Shown here: positions 27,236 to 37,857 of the stretch, one piece after another
Layout: each line of letters starts with the position of its first letter
How positions within the stretch are numbered: position 1 is the stretch's first letter
Origin: Fibrobacterales bacterium
GTDB lineage: Bacteria; Fibrobacterota; Fibrobacteria; Fibrobacterales; JAOPTW01
Direction: 5' to 3'
Length of the DNA: 64,000 bases
Assembly (NCBI GenBank): GCA_051532035.1
Contig: JAOPTW010000034.1
Coordinates: 29,466 to 93,465 of the forward strand
The notes under the pieces: generated by a model
Database searches by the model: none
What the model saw: only the letters and a program-made list of their open reading frames with translations
Told to the model about the DNA's origin: nothing
Translations under genes and position numbers: made by a program

Positions 27236-30226
27236 TTACTTGACACTCTGCACAATTGCACCAACATCAAGAATCATACTAATTTTCCCATCACTCATTA
27301 TCGCTCCACCAGACACACCATCTATTGAACCGATTCCTTCACCCAAACTTTTAATGACAACCTGTTGTTGTCCTAATATCTGATCTACTGAAAGGCCGAT
27401 TTTTTTACCAAGCATATCTTCAACGACCATTACAATACCATCAGTAAGCTCTAGGTCACTTCTAGGATTTCCAAAAAAATCAGATAACCTCACCAAAGTG
27501 ATAGCCTCTCCCCTTACATCTATGTACTCGCCCTTACCCGCAGCAGTACCTACCTGTGTACTATCAGGTCTCAATGAATCAATAATACTTAAGGTTGGTA
27601 CTATATATCTTTCATTCGAAGCAGTAATAACCATACCATCAATAATTGCTAAGGTAAGAGGCAGTCGTATAACAAAGGTTGTTCCCACCCCTAATTCAGA
27701 ATAGGTTTCAACTGACCCTCTTGATTGTTCAATATTTCTTCTCACCACATCCATACCAACACCACGACCCGAAATATCAGATATTTGATCAGCAGTCGAG
27801 AACCCCGGATGAAAAATAAGTTGATGGATATCATTATCACTATGCGGATCTTCAGCTTTTATCAGGCCCTGTTTAATTGCTTTCTCTTTAATTTTTTCAA
27901 TATTGAGACCACCACCATTATCTTGAATCTCGATATTGATATTACCTGCCGCTTGGAAAGCTCTTAAGGTAACTCGAGCAGGTTCAGTCTTCCCATTTTG
28001 TTCTCGAACTTCTGGTGATTCAATGCCATGATCTACTGAATTTCGAATCATGTGCATCAATGGATCTGCAATATTTTCAACAACTGATTTATCGAGTTCA
28101 GTATCTTCACCTTCCATAACAAATTGAATATTTTTACCCGTTTTCTTTGAGTAATCCCGAACTAATCGAGCCATTTTTTGAAACGTTGATTTGATAGAAA
28201 CCGTACGAAGTGCCATTGAAAGTTCTTGAATCTGTCGCATTATTTGGTCGACTGCCGAAACTTTTTTCTGAAAGCCTACAACATCTATTCCTTCTAAACC
28301 CTTATGATGCATGGTCATAATAGGATCAGCCGAAATCATTGACTGTGCTATTACCGCTTCTCCAATTGTATCAATGAGCTGATCAAGTCTTCCGATAGGT
28401 ACACGAACCGTTTCATCTATTCCCGCCGCTTTTTTAATGGGGGCTTGAGGTGCGGGAGCTTGGTCAGAGGTATCTGGCAGTACTTCATTCTTCGCCACCT
28501 CTTCTACCTTAGCAGGGGTCACTAGATTTTCATTAACTGATTTTTCCACTGTACCCAATTTGTTCTGTAGTGAAAGATCAAGGCGTGCCATAATCGGGGT
28601 GTACGAAGCAGGCACATGGTAATTCTCTGTAGATATAAAATCAGCAACAATATCAATAAACTCTTTAAGAAGGTCTATAGACTCAAGTAACACATCAACC
28701 TTTGGTGGGTCAAGAGTGAGTTCATTCTGCCTTGCCTTATCCATTAGATTTTCAACGTTATGTGCTAATGCTTGTATATCAAGGAGTTCTAAAAATCCAG
28801 CAATACCTTTTATAGTATGACAACCTCTAAATATTAGGTTGAGATATTCAGCATTTGTAGGATCATTTTCTAAGTCGAGTAAGGTATTCTCAATAATGGT
28901 TAAATGCTCACGAGATTCAGTTACAAAGTCTTCTAGGAACGATTTATCTGCACCAAGATTGAGACTCGTCCCACTTTCAACTAAAGCCTCTTCTTCAGCA
29001 TGTTCACTTTGTGCCCCTGAGTTACTCTGTCCCGTATCACCAATAAGAATATAATTCATCTCTTGTTCATCTATGACAACATCCTGACATGACTCATTTT
29101 CATCAGCTTTTCTTTTTATGAGAGCAATGAGCCTTTCTAAACCATGTAAATCAATCTGGTTTTCTAGTACAAATGAATCAACTAATGTGATGAGATTCAC
29201 AAAAGAAGTACTTCTTGCACTAATGCAGTGAGAACGCAATTCCTTTAAAATTGGACGAAAGAGTTCTTTAATAGAAGCTCCTGCTTGACATTGTGTGTGC
29301 GCATCTTCTAATTGAGCAATCAACGATTCAATGGGAATGGCACTTTCATCTACTCTCGATTCAGTCTCTGAAATCTCTACTGTTTGTTGAGAAGCATTGC
29401 TATCCTCCTCTAATTTACTAGCGCGTGATAAACTCTGACTCGATTCTTCTCTCCCTGCAGAAGATTGCAATATAATGTCACTTTCATGATCATGTATAGT
29501 TGCTTTCTCTCCTATAGCTAATTCATTCAGCTTCATTGAGATGAGGTCTTTTAATCTAAACAACCCATCTGCACTCATTGTTTGATCATTCATCTTTTGT
29601 TCAACGCTATGAATCAGATGAGCAAACTTTTGAAGTCCCAGTACTCCAAGTTCACCTTTAAGTGTGTGGAGCTCTCTCAAAATACTTTGTACAGCGGTTT
29701 CGCTCCCTGATTCGTACTCTAAAATCATCTCTTCAAATTCATCAAATTTAGCTTGTTGCGAAGATATAAAAATTAGAAGAAGGTCTTGCATATCTGCCGG
29801 CACCTCATCACGATTATCGTCATCAAAACCATCATCAAAATTTTCAATAGGTGGTGTGTTCATTGCGACAGCAAGAACGTCTTCTGTTTCATCGCCTCTA
29901 TCACTGGCTGATGTTCCTTCATCCAGAGTATACTCTGGAAACTTCTTTTTTAAAAAGGTATCAACTGCTTTAGTTAGCTTATTAAAGCATTGCTGTAATT
30001 TTTTGAGGCCATCTTCGAAAGGTGTATCTTCTGATGCTACTGCATCACAAAGTGACCCCGCTCTTTTTACATTCGTATAAAATGCTTGAGGAAATCCAGA
30101 TACTTGAAGAATAATAATTGTGTCACTCCTCAACGTATTAATTGTCTCTGTATCGATACTCGATTCATTTAAAACTGTACACCAACGGTGTACAGTTTTA
30201 GAAACATTTAAAATTTCATTATTCAT
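27236..30226 (-). CDS. cheA: Chemotaxis histidine kinase CheA with multiple HPt domains
   Basis: Two HPt motifs (HTLKG, HTIKG), H.IRNSVDHGIE, DNGGG, GFST...SGRGVGMDVV, C-terminal CheW-like P5. Start moved to MNNEIL (AGGTG upstream). Confidence 0.93.
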   Translation of the reverse strand: MNNEILNVSKTVHRWCTVLNESSIDTETINTLRSDTIIILQVSGFPQAFYTNVKRAGSLCDAVASEDTPFEDGLKKLQQCFNKLTKAVDTFLKKKFPEYTLDEGTSASDRGDETEDVLAVAMNTPPIENFDDGFDDDNRDEVPADMQDLLLIFISSQQAKFDEFEEMILEYESGSETAVQSILRELHTLKGELGVLGLQKFAHLIHSVEQKMNDQTMSADGLFRLKDLISMKLNELAIGEKATIHDHESDIILQSSAGREESSQSLSRASKLEEDSNASQQTVEISETESRVDESAIPIESLIAQLEDAHTQCQAGASIKELFRPILKELRSHCISARSTSFVNLITLVDSFVLENQIDLHGLERLIALIKRKADENESCQDVVIDEQEMNYILIGDTGQSNSGAQSEHAEEEALVESGTSLNLGADKSFLEDFVTESREHLTIIENTLLDLENDPTNAEYLNLIFRGCHTIKGIAGFLELLDIQALAHNVENLMDKARQNELTLDPPKVDVLLESIDLLKEFIDIVADFISTENYHVPASYTPIMARLDLSLQNKLGTVEKSVNENLVTPAKVEEVAKNEVLPDTSDQAPAPQAPIKKAAGIDETVRVPIGRLDQLIDTIGEAVIAQSMISADPIMTMHHKGLEGIDVVGFQKKVSAVDQIMRQIQELSMALRTVSIKSTFQKMARLVRDYSKKTGKNIQFVMEGEDTELDKSVVENIADPLMHMIRNSVDHGIESPEVREQNGKTEPARVTLRAFQAAGNINIEIQDNGGGLNIEKIKEKAIKQGLIKAEDPHSDNDIHQLIFHPGFSTADQISDISGRGVGMDVVRRNIEQSRGSVETYSELGVGTTFVIRLPLTLAIIDGMVITASNERYIVPTLSIIDSLRPDSTQVGTAAGKGEYIDVRGEAITLVRLSDFFGNPRSDLELTDGIVMVVEDMLGKKIGLSVDQILGQQQVVIKSLGEGIGSIDGVSGGAIMSDGKISMILDVGAIVQSVK

Positions 30227-30384
30227 AGAGTTACACCTAAATTTCCGATACTCTATTCTACAACTTAAATACCATGAATTACAATTATTTGCATCATTAT
30301 TTGAGTAAATTATCATATATACCTATATTCAGGTCTTACAAAGACCCCCAATAGAACCATTTTGTTTTAACAGCAGGCAGACAA

Positions 30385-30777
30385 ATGAAAATATTGATAG
30401 TTGATGACAACTTTATTAGCAGAAAACAATTAAAATTTATGCTCTCTGAGCTTGGTGATAGTGATCTAGCTAATGATGGAAAAGAAGCATTGGAGGCAAT
30501 AACTATTGCCCATCAATTACATGAGTATTATGACCTTATCTGTTTGGATATCATGATGCCTCAAATGGATGGCATGGAAGCGTTGGAAAAAATCCGGACC
30601 TTTGAACAAGAACATGATGTTGCTCCTGATGCAAGTGCTAAAATTATAATGATCACCACTGTTGATGACAAAAATAGCATCATTAAATCATTTCGATCTG
30701 GTTGCGAAAGTTATGTTGTCAAACCAGTTGTCAAACATAAACTCCTAGAGACCATTAATAACCTCGAAATAAGCTAA
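30385..30777 (+). CDS. Single-domain response regulator, divergent from cheA
   Basis: ILIVDD, CLDIMMP.MDG, MITT, KP. Confidence 0.88.
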   Translation: MKILIVDDNFISRKQLKFMLSELGDSDLANDGKEALEAITIAHQLHEYYDLICLDIMMPQMDGMEALEKIRTFEQEHDVAPDASAKIIMITTVDDKNSIIKSFRSGCESYVVKPVVKHKLLETINNLEIS

Positions 30778-30861
30778 ACCATTTCAATATAAAAGGTCTC
30801 ACTTTAAAAACTGGGCCATTTTTGCTATTTTTGCATCAAAATAAGCAATTTTGGAGCAGTA

Positions 30862-33606
30862 ATGGAATCGCGTTTTTCGCCACAAGATATCGAAAACAAA
30901 TGGTTAGAGTCATGGATCGAAACAGGCTCATATAAGCCCAGTGGAGAAGGTGAGCCATTTAGTATTGTCATACCACCTCCAAACGTTACTGGTGCGCTCC
31001 ATTTAGGGCACGCTCTCAACAATACTATTCAAGACACTCTCATTCGTTGGCAGCGAAAAATGGGTAAGAACACCCTTTGGGTTCCTGGAACTGACCATGC
31101 AGGCATTGCGACTCAAGCAGTTGTGGAACGTCGTCTCTTTGAGAACGAACAGAAAACTCGCCATGATATTGGACGGGATGCCTTAGTGAAACGCATTTGG
31201 GACTGGAAAGACGAATATGAAAAGCGTATCTGTGGTCAGCTTCGTAAAGTTGGATCCAGTTGCGATTGGGATCGTCAGCGCTTTACTCTCGACCCTATAT
31301 GTGCAAAAGCGGTTCGTCACACTTTTTTTAACCTCTTTAAAAAGAACTACATATTTAGAGGTAAAAGACTCGTCAACTGGGATACCCACCTTCAAACCGC
31401 TGTTGCTGACGACGAAATATATTATGAAACAGTACAAAGTCACATGTGGTATTTCAAATACTACTTAGCTGATGGTTCAGGTTTCATTCCTGTTGCTACA
31501 ACGCGACCCGAAACAATTCTTGGTGATACTGCCCTTGCAGTACATCCCGAAGATAGTCGCTATAAATCCTTTATTGGAAAGATGCTCAAAGTTCCTTTTG
31601 TTAATCGTGAAATTCCTGTCATAGCTGATGGAATGTTGGTTGATCCCGAATTTGGAACAGGCTCAGTGAAGGTTACCCCCGCACATGACCCCAATGACTA
31701 CGCAACAGGCCTTCGTCATTCCCTTCCAATGATCAATATTCTTACGAATACTGGTCACATAAACGAAAATGGTGCTCAGTTTGCTGGCATGGAACGTTAT
31801 GATGCACGAAAAGCAGTTGTTGCGGAACTAGAAGCTCTTGATCTCATGATTAAGGTTGAAGACCATGAAGTTCCTCTTGGTCATTCAGACCGCTCAAAAA
31901 CTCCAATAGAACCTTACCTATCTGACCAATGGTTTGTTGATATGAAAGAGATTGGCGAACGTGCTCTTGATGCGGTCCGCCAAAAATCAATAACCTTCTA
32001 CCCTGAACGGTATAGCAAAACCTATCTTGACTGGTTGGGTGAAAAACGTGACTGGTGTATTAGTAGACAATTGTGGTGGGGACATCAGATTCCAATCTGG
32101 TATTGCTCAACCTGTAGCGAAGCAGATCTTGATAATGCTTTTAGTGCATCAAAAGACACACACTGGATTAAAACAGAAGACGATAGCGGATGGCTTGTCT
32201 GCTCTCTTGATGATATTGATGAAAAAGCACTCGGTGATGCGCACACTCTTACCCGTGACCCTGATGTACTTGATACCTGGTTTTCGAGTGCACTCTGGCC
32301 TCACTCTACTTTAGGATGGCCAGAACAGAGTGATGACCTCAAAACATTTTACCCCACAAGTGTACTCGTTACCAGTCGTGATATCATTAGTCTATGGGTT
32401 GCTCGGATGGTTGTTACCGGACTAGAAAATATTGGTGAAATCCCCTTTTCTAAGGTTTACATTCACCCTAAAATTCTCGATGGTGAAGGTCGTACTATGA
32501 GTAAATCACTCGGTAATGGCGTTGACCCCCTTGATATTATTGAAAAATATGGAACCGATGCACTCCGTTTTACCATGGCGCAACTTTGTACTGATACTCA
32601 AGATGCACGCCTCCCTGTTAAGTTAGAGACCCTTGAAGATGGAAGAACCATCAATACCTCAGACAAATTTGAACTCGGTCGAAACTTTGCTAATAAATTA
32701 TGGAATGCTTGTCGATTTGTCGAACCGCATCTCTCATCTGTAGAGAACCTTTCTATAGATGTAACGCTCCTGACACTGGAAGACAAATGGATTCTTTCTC
32801 GTATCAATAGCACTATTCAAAAAGTAGAATCATGTCTTACCCAGTATCGTTTTTCTGAAATGGTGCAAGTACTCTATCATTTTACTTGGGACGATTTCTG
32901 CTCTCGATATCTTGAAATCAAAAAGAAGACTATAACTGCTGAAGTAATGACTTCTCAAAAAGCTAATGGTCTCGCGGTATTTTCCCACGTTGTTGAAAAG
33001 CTTATTGGTGCCATGCATCCAGTTATGCCTTTTATCACCGAAGAGCTCAATACTATTTTATTTCCTACTGCTCAAGCACTGATTACCTCACCGTGGCCTA
33101 AGGTTGACTCCACTGTTATTGACCAACAGATCGAAAAAGATTTTTCTGAAATTTTTGAAATTGTTGAAGCCGTACGCTCTATACGTGGTCAATACTCAAT
33201 TAGCCCAGCTAAAGAACTCGACTGCTATGTGAAAGTTGCTTCAGAAGTGGAAAAAAGTACATTGAATGAAAATGCAGCGTTTATCAAAGTTATGGGAAAA
33301 CTATCTGCTCTTACCATAGATTGTGCTGATATCAAGCCTCCATTCTCAGCTACTCAGATGATGGGTAGTGGTGAAGTCTATATACCTCTTGAGGGTATTT
33401 TGGACAAAGAGAAGGAACTTGAAAAACTTACCAAAGAACTTACAGGTGCCGAAAAATTTTCGCAAAGTCTTGCGAAGAAATTGTCAAATGACAAATTTGT
33501 CAATAACGCACCAGCTAATGTGGTTGCATTTGAAAAAGATAAGTTGAAAAGTCAGCTTGAAACTATTGAAAAATGTAAAAAAGCGATAGCAGAACTCACT
33601 GCTTAA
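30862..33606 (+). CDS. valS: Valine--tRNA ligase
   Basis: PPPNVTGALHLGH, GTDHAGIATQ, DWCISRQLWWGH, DVLDTWFSS, TMSKS, C-terminal coiled coil. Confidence 0.97.
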   Translation: MESRFSPQDIENKWLESWIETGSYKPSGEGEPFSIVIPPPNVTGALHLGHALNNTIQDTLIRWQRKMGKNTLWVPGTDHAGIATQAVVERRLFENEQKTRHDIGRDALVKRIWDWKDEYEKRICGQLRKVGSSCDWDRQRFTLDPICAKAVRHTFFNLFKKNYIFRGKRLVNWDTHLQTAVADDEIYYETVQSHMWYFKYYLADGSGFIPVATTRPETILGDTALAVHPEDSRYKSFIGKMLKVPFVNREIPVIADGMLVDPEFGTGSVKVTPAHDPNDYATGLRHSLPMINILTNTGHINENGAQFAGMERYDARKAVVAELEALDLMIKVEDHEVPLGHSDRSKTPIEPYLSDQWFVDMKEIGERALDAVRQKSITFYPERYSKTYLDWLGEKRDWCISRQLWWGHQIPIWYCSTCSEADLDNAFSASKDTHWIKTEDDSGWLVCSLDDIDEKALGDAHTLTRDPDVLDTWFSSALWPHSTLGWPEQSDDLKTFYPTSVLVTSRDIISLWVARMVVTGLENIGEIPFSKVYIHPKILDGEGRTMSKSLGNGVDPLDIIEKYGTDALRFTMAQLCTDTQDARLPVKLETLEDGRTINTSDKFELGRNFANKLWNACRFVEPHLSSVENLSIDVTLLTLEDKWILSRINSTIQKVESCLTQYRFSEMVQVLYHFTWDDFCSRYLEIKKKTITAEVMTSQKANGLAVFSHVVEKLIGAMHPVMPFITEELNTILFPTAQALITSPWPKVDSTVIDQQIEKDFSEIFEIVEAVRSIRGQYSISPAKELDCYVKVASEVEKSTLNENAAFIKVMGKLSALTIDCADIKPPFSATQMMGSGEVYIPLEGILDKEKELEKLTKELTGAEKFSQSLAKKLSNDKFVNNAPANVVAFEKDKLKSQLETIEKCKKAIAELTA

Positions 33607-33625
33607 AAGCCCAATACACATCGCC

Positions 33626-35206
33626 CTATTCTGAATCCTCATAGGGTTCAATAGGGATTGAAAAAATAAAGGTACTCCCTGGGCCATGCTGATTATACAT
33701 GGCCCATATTTGACCACTGTGACTTTCAATAATCTCTTTACTAATGGGCAGCCCCAAGCCGGTACCCCCTGCCCCATTGTCACTTGATGAACTTTGAACA
33801 AATTCATCGAATACCGAAATAAGCTCACCTTCAGGCACACCAACTCCTTCATCTATCACTCGGCACTCAATTGCTGGATACTCTGCATCAACCTTATCGT
33901 CAATAAGAATTGAATCCACAACTTGAATCGTAATAGTAGAGTCTTCAGGAGAAAACTTGATCGCATTTGAGAGTAGATTCCTCAGTACTTGCATTATCCT
34001 AACATTATCATACACGGCTACTCTTTGAGTACATTCGATAGAGAGGTCAATGGTAATTGATTTATTCTTTATAAGCTGTGCCAATTCATTAAGTATAGTC
34101 CTTACAGTATCAGTAATACTATTTTTTGTTTTAATATAACTCACTTTACCCGATGCAAGCTTTGAGAGATCTAGAATATCACTCACAGTCTCAAGGAGTC
34201 GGTCCCCACTTTCTTTTATCCTGCCAAAATACTTAATAATTTTTTCATCCTCTATACTTACCGAACGTTTCTCTCCCAGTTCAGCAAAGCTCAAAATAGC
34301 ATGGAGTGGAGTTCTGAACTCATGTGACATATTAGCCAAAAACTGTGATTTTACTTGAATCGCTTCCTCTGCCCTATCTTTTGCAAATTGCAGTTCTTCG
34401 GTTCTCTTTTTTACTTTTGTCTCCAAATTAATTTTTGCGTCAGAAAGTTCAGTCATGAGCTCTTGTAATTTTACGTTTGTAGTGCGTTGTTCTTCTTCTT
34501 TGGAAATTAAATTTTCTATTAACACATCATTATCAGACTTAATTACCGCTAATAGATCATAGACCTGTTTAAACAATGCGCTATCTGGAACCATATGAAA
34601 TTCTTCATCACCAGAAACCTTCCAATTTATATTGCCTACCGTATTGACTAAACTTCTGAGCTCTGTTGCAAATTGATGAGCAGATACAGCGCCAATATCA
34701 TTATAAGGCGCTTCTTCATCATGGCCACCTAAGCGATAGCTTAAAATCCTCTCAAGCCCTTCTTCATACGATCGCGCACTTTCTAATTTAATGGGAGTTA
34801 AAAAAAGATTATTTGCAACACGAAGAATAGTTCTTACAATGAATGAACCACCATAACTTACAAATGCCTGTAAATGACCTTCTTCTTTTTCAAGGGCCTC
34901 TTTTACAACCATGCGGCTCTGTTTACCCGGGTTATTATATACCCCTGAGTAATCTTTTAATTCATAATAATGTGTACCAAGTAAATTACATTCAATAAGA
35001 ATTTTTTCTCGGCGCTTAAAAAATTGTGATACTCCTTCGGGATTTGACGAGTCACCTACCGCTATAGCGTGAAGAATATTTGAATCTATGAGTTCAAAAC
35101 TCCCTGAGTAGGAGTCTGTAAAGCTAATATTACACCACTCATCTTTATAAGTAATAGTAAGCCCACTGAATGGACACACTTTACTTTTAAACCCACGCTC
35201 ATTCAT
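33626..35206 (-). CDS. Sensor histidine kinase with an uncharacterised cytoplasmic N-terminal domain
   Basis: FLANMSHEFRTPL, NLLSNAIKFS, DEGVG, GGTGLGL; no TM segment seen. Confidence 0.9.
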   Translation of the reverse strand: MNERGFKSKVCPFSGLTITYKDEWCNISFTDSYSGSFELIDSNILHAIAVGDSSNPEGVSQFFKRREKILIECNLLGTHYYELKDYSGVYNNPGKQSRMVVKEALEKEEGHLQAFVSYGGSFIVRTILRVANNLFLTPIKLESARSYEEGLERILSYRLGGHDEEAPYNDIGAVSAHQFATELRSLVNTVGNINWKVSGDEEFHMVPDSALFKQVYDLLAVIKSDNDVLIENLISKEEEQRTTNVKLQELMTELSDAKINLETKVKKRTEELQFAKDRAEEAIQVKSQFLANMSHEFRTPLHAILSFAELGEKRSVSIEDEKIIKYFGRIKESGDRLLETVSDILDLSKLASGKVSYIKTKNSITDTVRTILNELAQLIKNKSITIDLSIECTQRVAVYDNVRIMQVLRNLLSNAIKFSPEDSTITIQVVDSILIDDKVDAEYPAIECRVIDEGVGVPEGELISVFDEFVQSSSSDNGAGGTGLGLPISKEIIESHSGQIWAMYNQHGPGSTFIFSIPIEPYEDSE

Positions 35207-35223
35207 GTGGAGTAGATACTAAA

Positions 35224-35610
35224 TCAATTTACAGGTTTGTAATCAGAGCATTCAAGGCACCAATGAATATTTTCAGCCATCTCATTTTTAACAATTGGTT
35301 TTGGCTGAAACCGGGTCGCGCCAATATCGAGTAAATGAGCGATATCTTTCACCCCCATTACACCTGACTGAATAAGAATAGGCATTTTTGTATGTACTGA
35401 ATCACGAATAAGCGATATCAATTCCATACCATCCATATTGGGCATCATAATATCTGTTATCAACAGATCACATGGATCCCCCTGCATAATTCTGTCATAT
35501 GCATCTTGGCCGTCAGGACAGACTGTTACAGAGTGACCAAGCTCTTCAACAATCATCTTAATCAACGTTTGATTAACGATATCATCTTCTGCAATTATTA
35601 TTCGAGCCAT
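35224..35610 (-). CDS. Single-domain response regulator
   Basis: IIIAEDD, ITDIMMP.MDG, QS, KP. Confidence 0.88.
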   Translation of the reverse strand: MARIIIAEDDIVNQTLIKMIVEELGHSVTVCPDGQDAYDRIMQGDPCDLLITDIMMPNMDGMELISLIRDSVHTKMPILIQSGVMGVKDIAHLLDIGATRFQPKPIVKNEMAENIHWCLECSDYKPVN

Positions 35611-35611
35611 G

Positions 35612-36673
35612 TTAGCCCCCCATTAAGTATGGTATTGTAAATTGTACTTTAATGCCACCATCTTCACGATTCTCTATAGTAAGCGTTCCATTATGTGACT
35701 CAGCTATTTTTTTAGAAAGTGGAAGACTAATTCCAAGACCTCGTGTGTGATGCATTATATCTTCTGAATTAAATTCATTAAAAACAGTTTCTAACTTTTC
35801 TGGTTTTATTCCTGGACCTTCATCTTCTATAACGACCGCACACTCTACACCATTAGGTATCACACTAATATCAATAGTCCCTCCCTCTGGTGAGTGATCA
35901 TATGCATTTTCGATGAGGTAGCGTACTGCGTTTTCTATATAATATGGTTCAAATTCAAAGGGCTCCACATTGGGTATAGAATAATGTATAGAAATATTCC
36001 GTTCAGAGTTCATTTTCTGGACCTGTTTAGTCGCACCCTTTATGGCTTCTTCGATTGAACTTTTCTCAACGTCAAGATCCATGCCTTTTTTAAACATACA
36101 CATACTTAGTGTCTTCTCCGTTTGAGACAATAGTACAAAGCCTGCCTTTTGAATCTCTTTTATATAACTTCTTTCTTCGGCATTTAAATTTTCTGAGCTC
36201 GAAAGCAAGAGCTCTGATAGGCCTAAAATGGAATTGAGGGGTGTTCTCTTTTCATGACTTAATAAATGCAACAAATCACCTTTAAGTCGATCAACTTCTT
36301 CTTCGTATTTTAGTTTCACAAAAATTTGAACTTTGGCTAGTAATTCATTATGATCAAATGGCTTTGTGACATAATCATCTGCTCCCGCAGCGTATCCCTC
36401 AAGACGCTCTTGCAACATCGCCTTTGCTGATACCAATAATACCTTTACATATTTAAATGAATTGTTATTACGGATTCTACGACACACTTCGTACCCATCA
36501 ATACCAGGCATCATAATATCAAGGAGCACAACATCAGGAATAAATGATTCCATTTTTCCAAGTGCCGATTCTCCATCCGATGCAACTTGAACGATATAAT
36601 TATCTTCAAGAATATCTTCGAGAATCTCTATATTGATTTCATCATCATCTACAATGAGGATTTTAAATTTCAT
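35612..36673 (-). CDS. Hybrid REC-histidine kinase (paralog of 1755..2846)
   Basis: REC, SHEKRTPL, ENA, DEGPGI, DIMHH.RGLGISL. Confidence 0.88.
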   Translation of the reverse strand: MKFKILIVDDDEINIEILEDILEDNYIVQVASDGESALGKMESFIPDVVLLDIMMPGIDGYEVCRRIRNNNSFKYVKVLLVSAKAMLQERLEGYAAGADDYVTKPFDHNELLAKVQIFVKLKYEEEVDRLKGDLLHLLSHEKRTPLNSILGLSELLLSSSENLNAEERSYIKEIQKAGFVLLSQTEKTLSMCMFKKGMDLDVEKSSIEEAIKGATKQVQKMNSERNISIHYSIPNVEPFEFEPYYIENAVRYLIENAYDHSPEGGTIDISVIPNGVECAVVIEDEGPGIKPEKLETVFNEFNSEDIMHHTRGLGISLPLSKKIAESHNGTLTIENREDGGIKVQFTIPYLMGG

Positions 36674-36736
36674 AATTACTATTGCTCACATATTCAGATT
36701 GTATTATACCACTAAAAAAATCAACTACGCCACACA

Positions 36737-37735
36737 TTAATCCTCAAACATTTCAAATATCTTAAGTATATCATCTAAACAGCAATCAAAAGCTTCAACA
36801 AGTGCAGGATCAAAGTGACTCCCACTTGCTTCTTTTATAATTGAAATAGAACGCTGCATAGAGAAAGCATCTTTATAGACTCTTTTATTGGTAAGGGCAT
36901 CAAAAACATCTGCCATTGCAACTACATGAGCTTCAGGAGGAATTTCCTTCCCTTCAAGACCTTGAGGATAGCCACTCCCATCATATTTTTCATGATGATA
37001 ATGAACAATATTTTTTGCTACATCAGATATTCCCTCTTGATCTATTATTTTAAAACCATAATAAGAGTGTGTTTTTATAATCTCAAACTCTTCATTCGTT
37101 AGTTTACCAGGCTTGTTTAATATGTCTGAAGGGACAGCAACCTTTCCAATATCATGAAGAGAAGCATAGTTCCGAATCGCCACACACTTTTCAAGAGGGA
37201 GTCCAAAATGCTTTGCAAGTAAGTACGAATACTCACTCACTCTTTTAATATGATTTCCGGTATCGTTATCATTATAAAGATTTGCTTTTTCTAAGGCCAG
37301 AACAAAGCTTTCGTTCATCATATTAAGTTCACGAGTCTGGTCCTCTATCTTTTCATCGAGATTATGTATAAGATCATTAAGCTTTGTATGGGCTGCAACT
37401 CTTTTAAGTACTTCTATAGTTAAAAAAGGTTTTGCTATATAGTCAACACCACCAGAATCAAAAGCCTTTTTAATGACCTCCTCATCGCGTAAAGCAGTGA
37501 CAAATATGATAGGGGGTGTAGGACCGGATGATGCACTAATTTTTTCAGCCACTTCATACCCTTGCATATCAGGCATGAGGACATCAAGTAAAATGAGGTC
37601 TGGTTTAAACGTTTTTACCGCTTCTAATGCCTCTACTCCAGAAGCGACAGAATACGTATTATACTCATCTTCCAAAACATCTTCTAAAATTAACCGATTT
37701 GCAGGATCATCATCAACAATGAGAATGTTATACAT
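36737..37735 (-). CDS. REC + HD-GYP cyclic di-GMP phosphodiesterase (RpfG-like)
   Basis: TGNHIKRV, LHDIGK, HHEKYDGSGYP, ADVFDAL..KRVYK. Confidence 0.92.
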   Translation of the reverse strand: MYNILIVDDDPANRLILEDVLEDEYNTYSVASGVEALEAVKTFKPDLILLDVLMPDMQGYEVAEKISASSGPTPPIIFVTALRDEEVIKKAFDSGGVDYIAKPFLTIEVLKRVAAHTKLNDLIHNLDEKIEDQTRELNMMNESFVLALEKANLYNDNDTGNHIKRVSEYSYLLAKHFGLPLEKCVAIRNYASLHDIGKVAVPSDILNKPGKLTNEEFEIIKTHSYYGFKIIDQEGISDVAKNIVHYHHEKYDGSGYPQGLEGKEIPPEAHVVAMADVFDALTNKRVYKDAFSMQRSISIIKEASGSHFDPALVEAFDCCLDDILKIFEMFED

Positions 37736-37803
37736 AGTTCCTCAAAATTTTAGGTATCTTGAGTGTACTATACATATCAATATAAAATCAACTATGAGCG
37801 TAC

Positions 37804-37836
37804 AAAAAAAGACCACTTACTGAAAAGTGGTCTTTT
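37804..37836 (-). terminator. Intrinsic terminator after tkt
   Basis: AAAAGACCACTT/AAGTGGTCTTTT perfect stem; T7 tract on the minus strand. Confidence 0.8.
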
Positions 37837-37857
37837 AAAAGAACTATAGTGTTCTAT

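Noticed and set aside
30227..30316. N-terminal extensions in the ORF track (cheA; likewise GH1 48725-48841, nfo 48594-48638, hemB, coaBC, UDG-like)
   Set aside because: Downstream ATGs fit family N-termini and/or RBS positions better.
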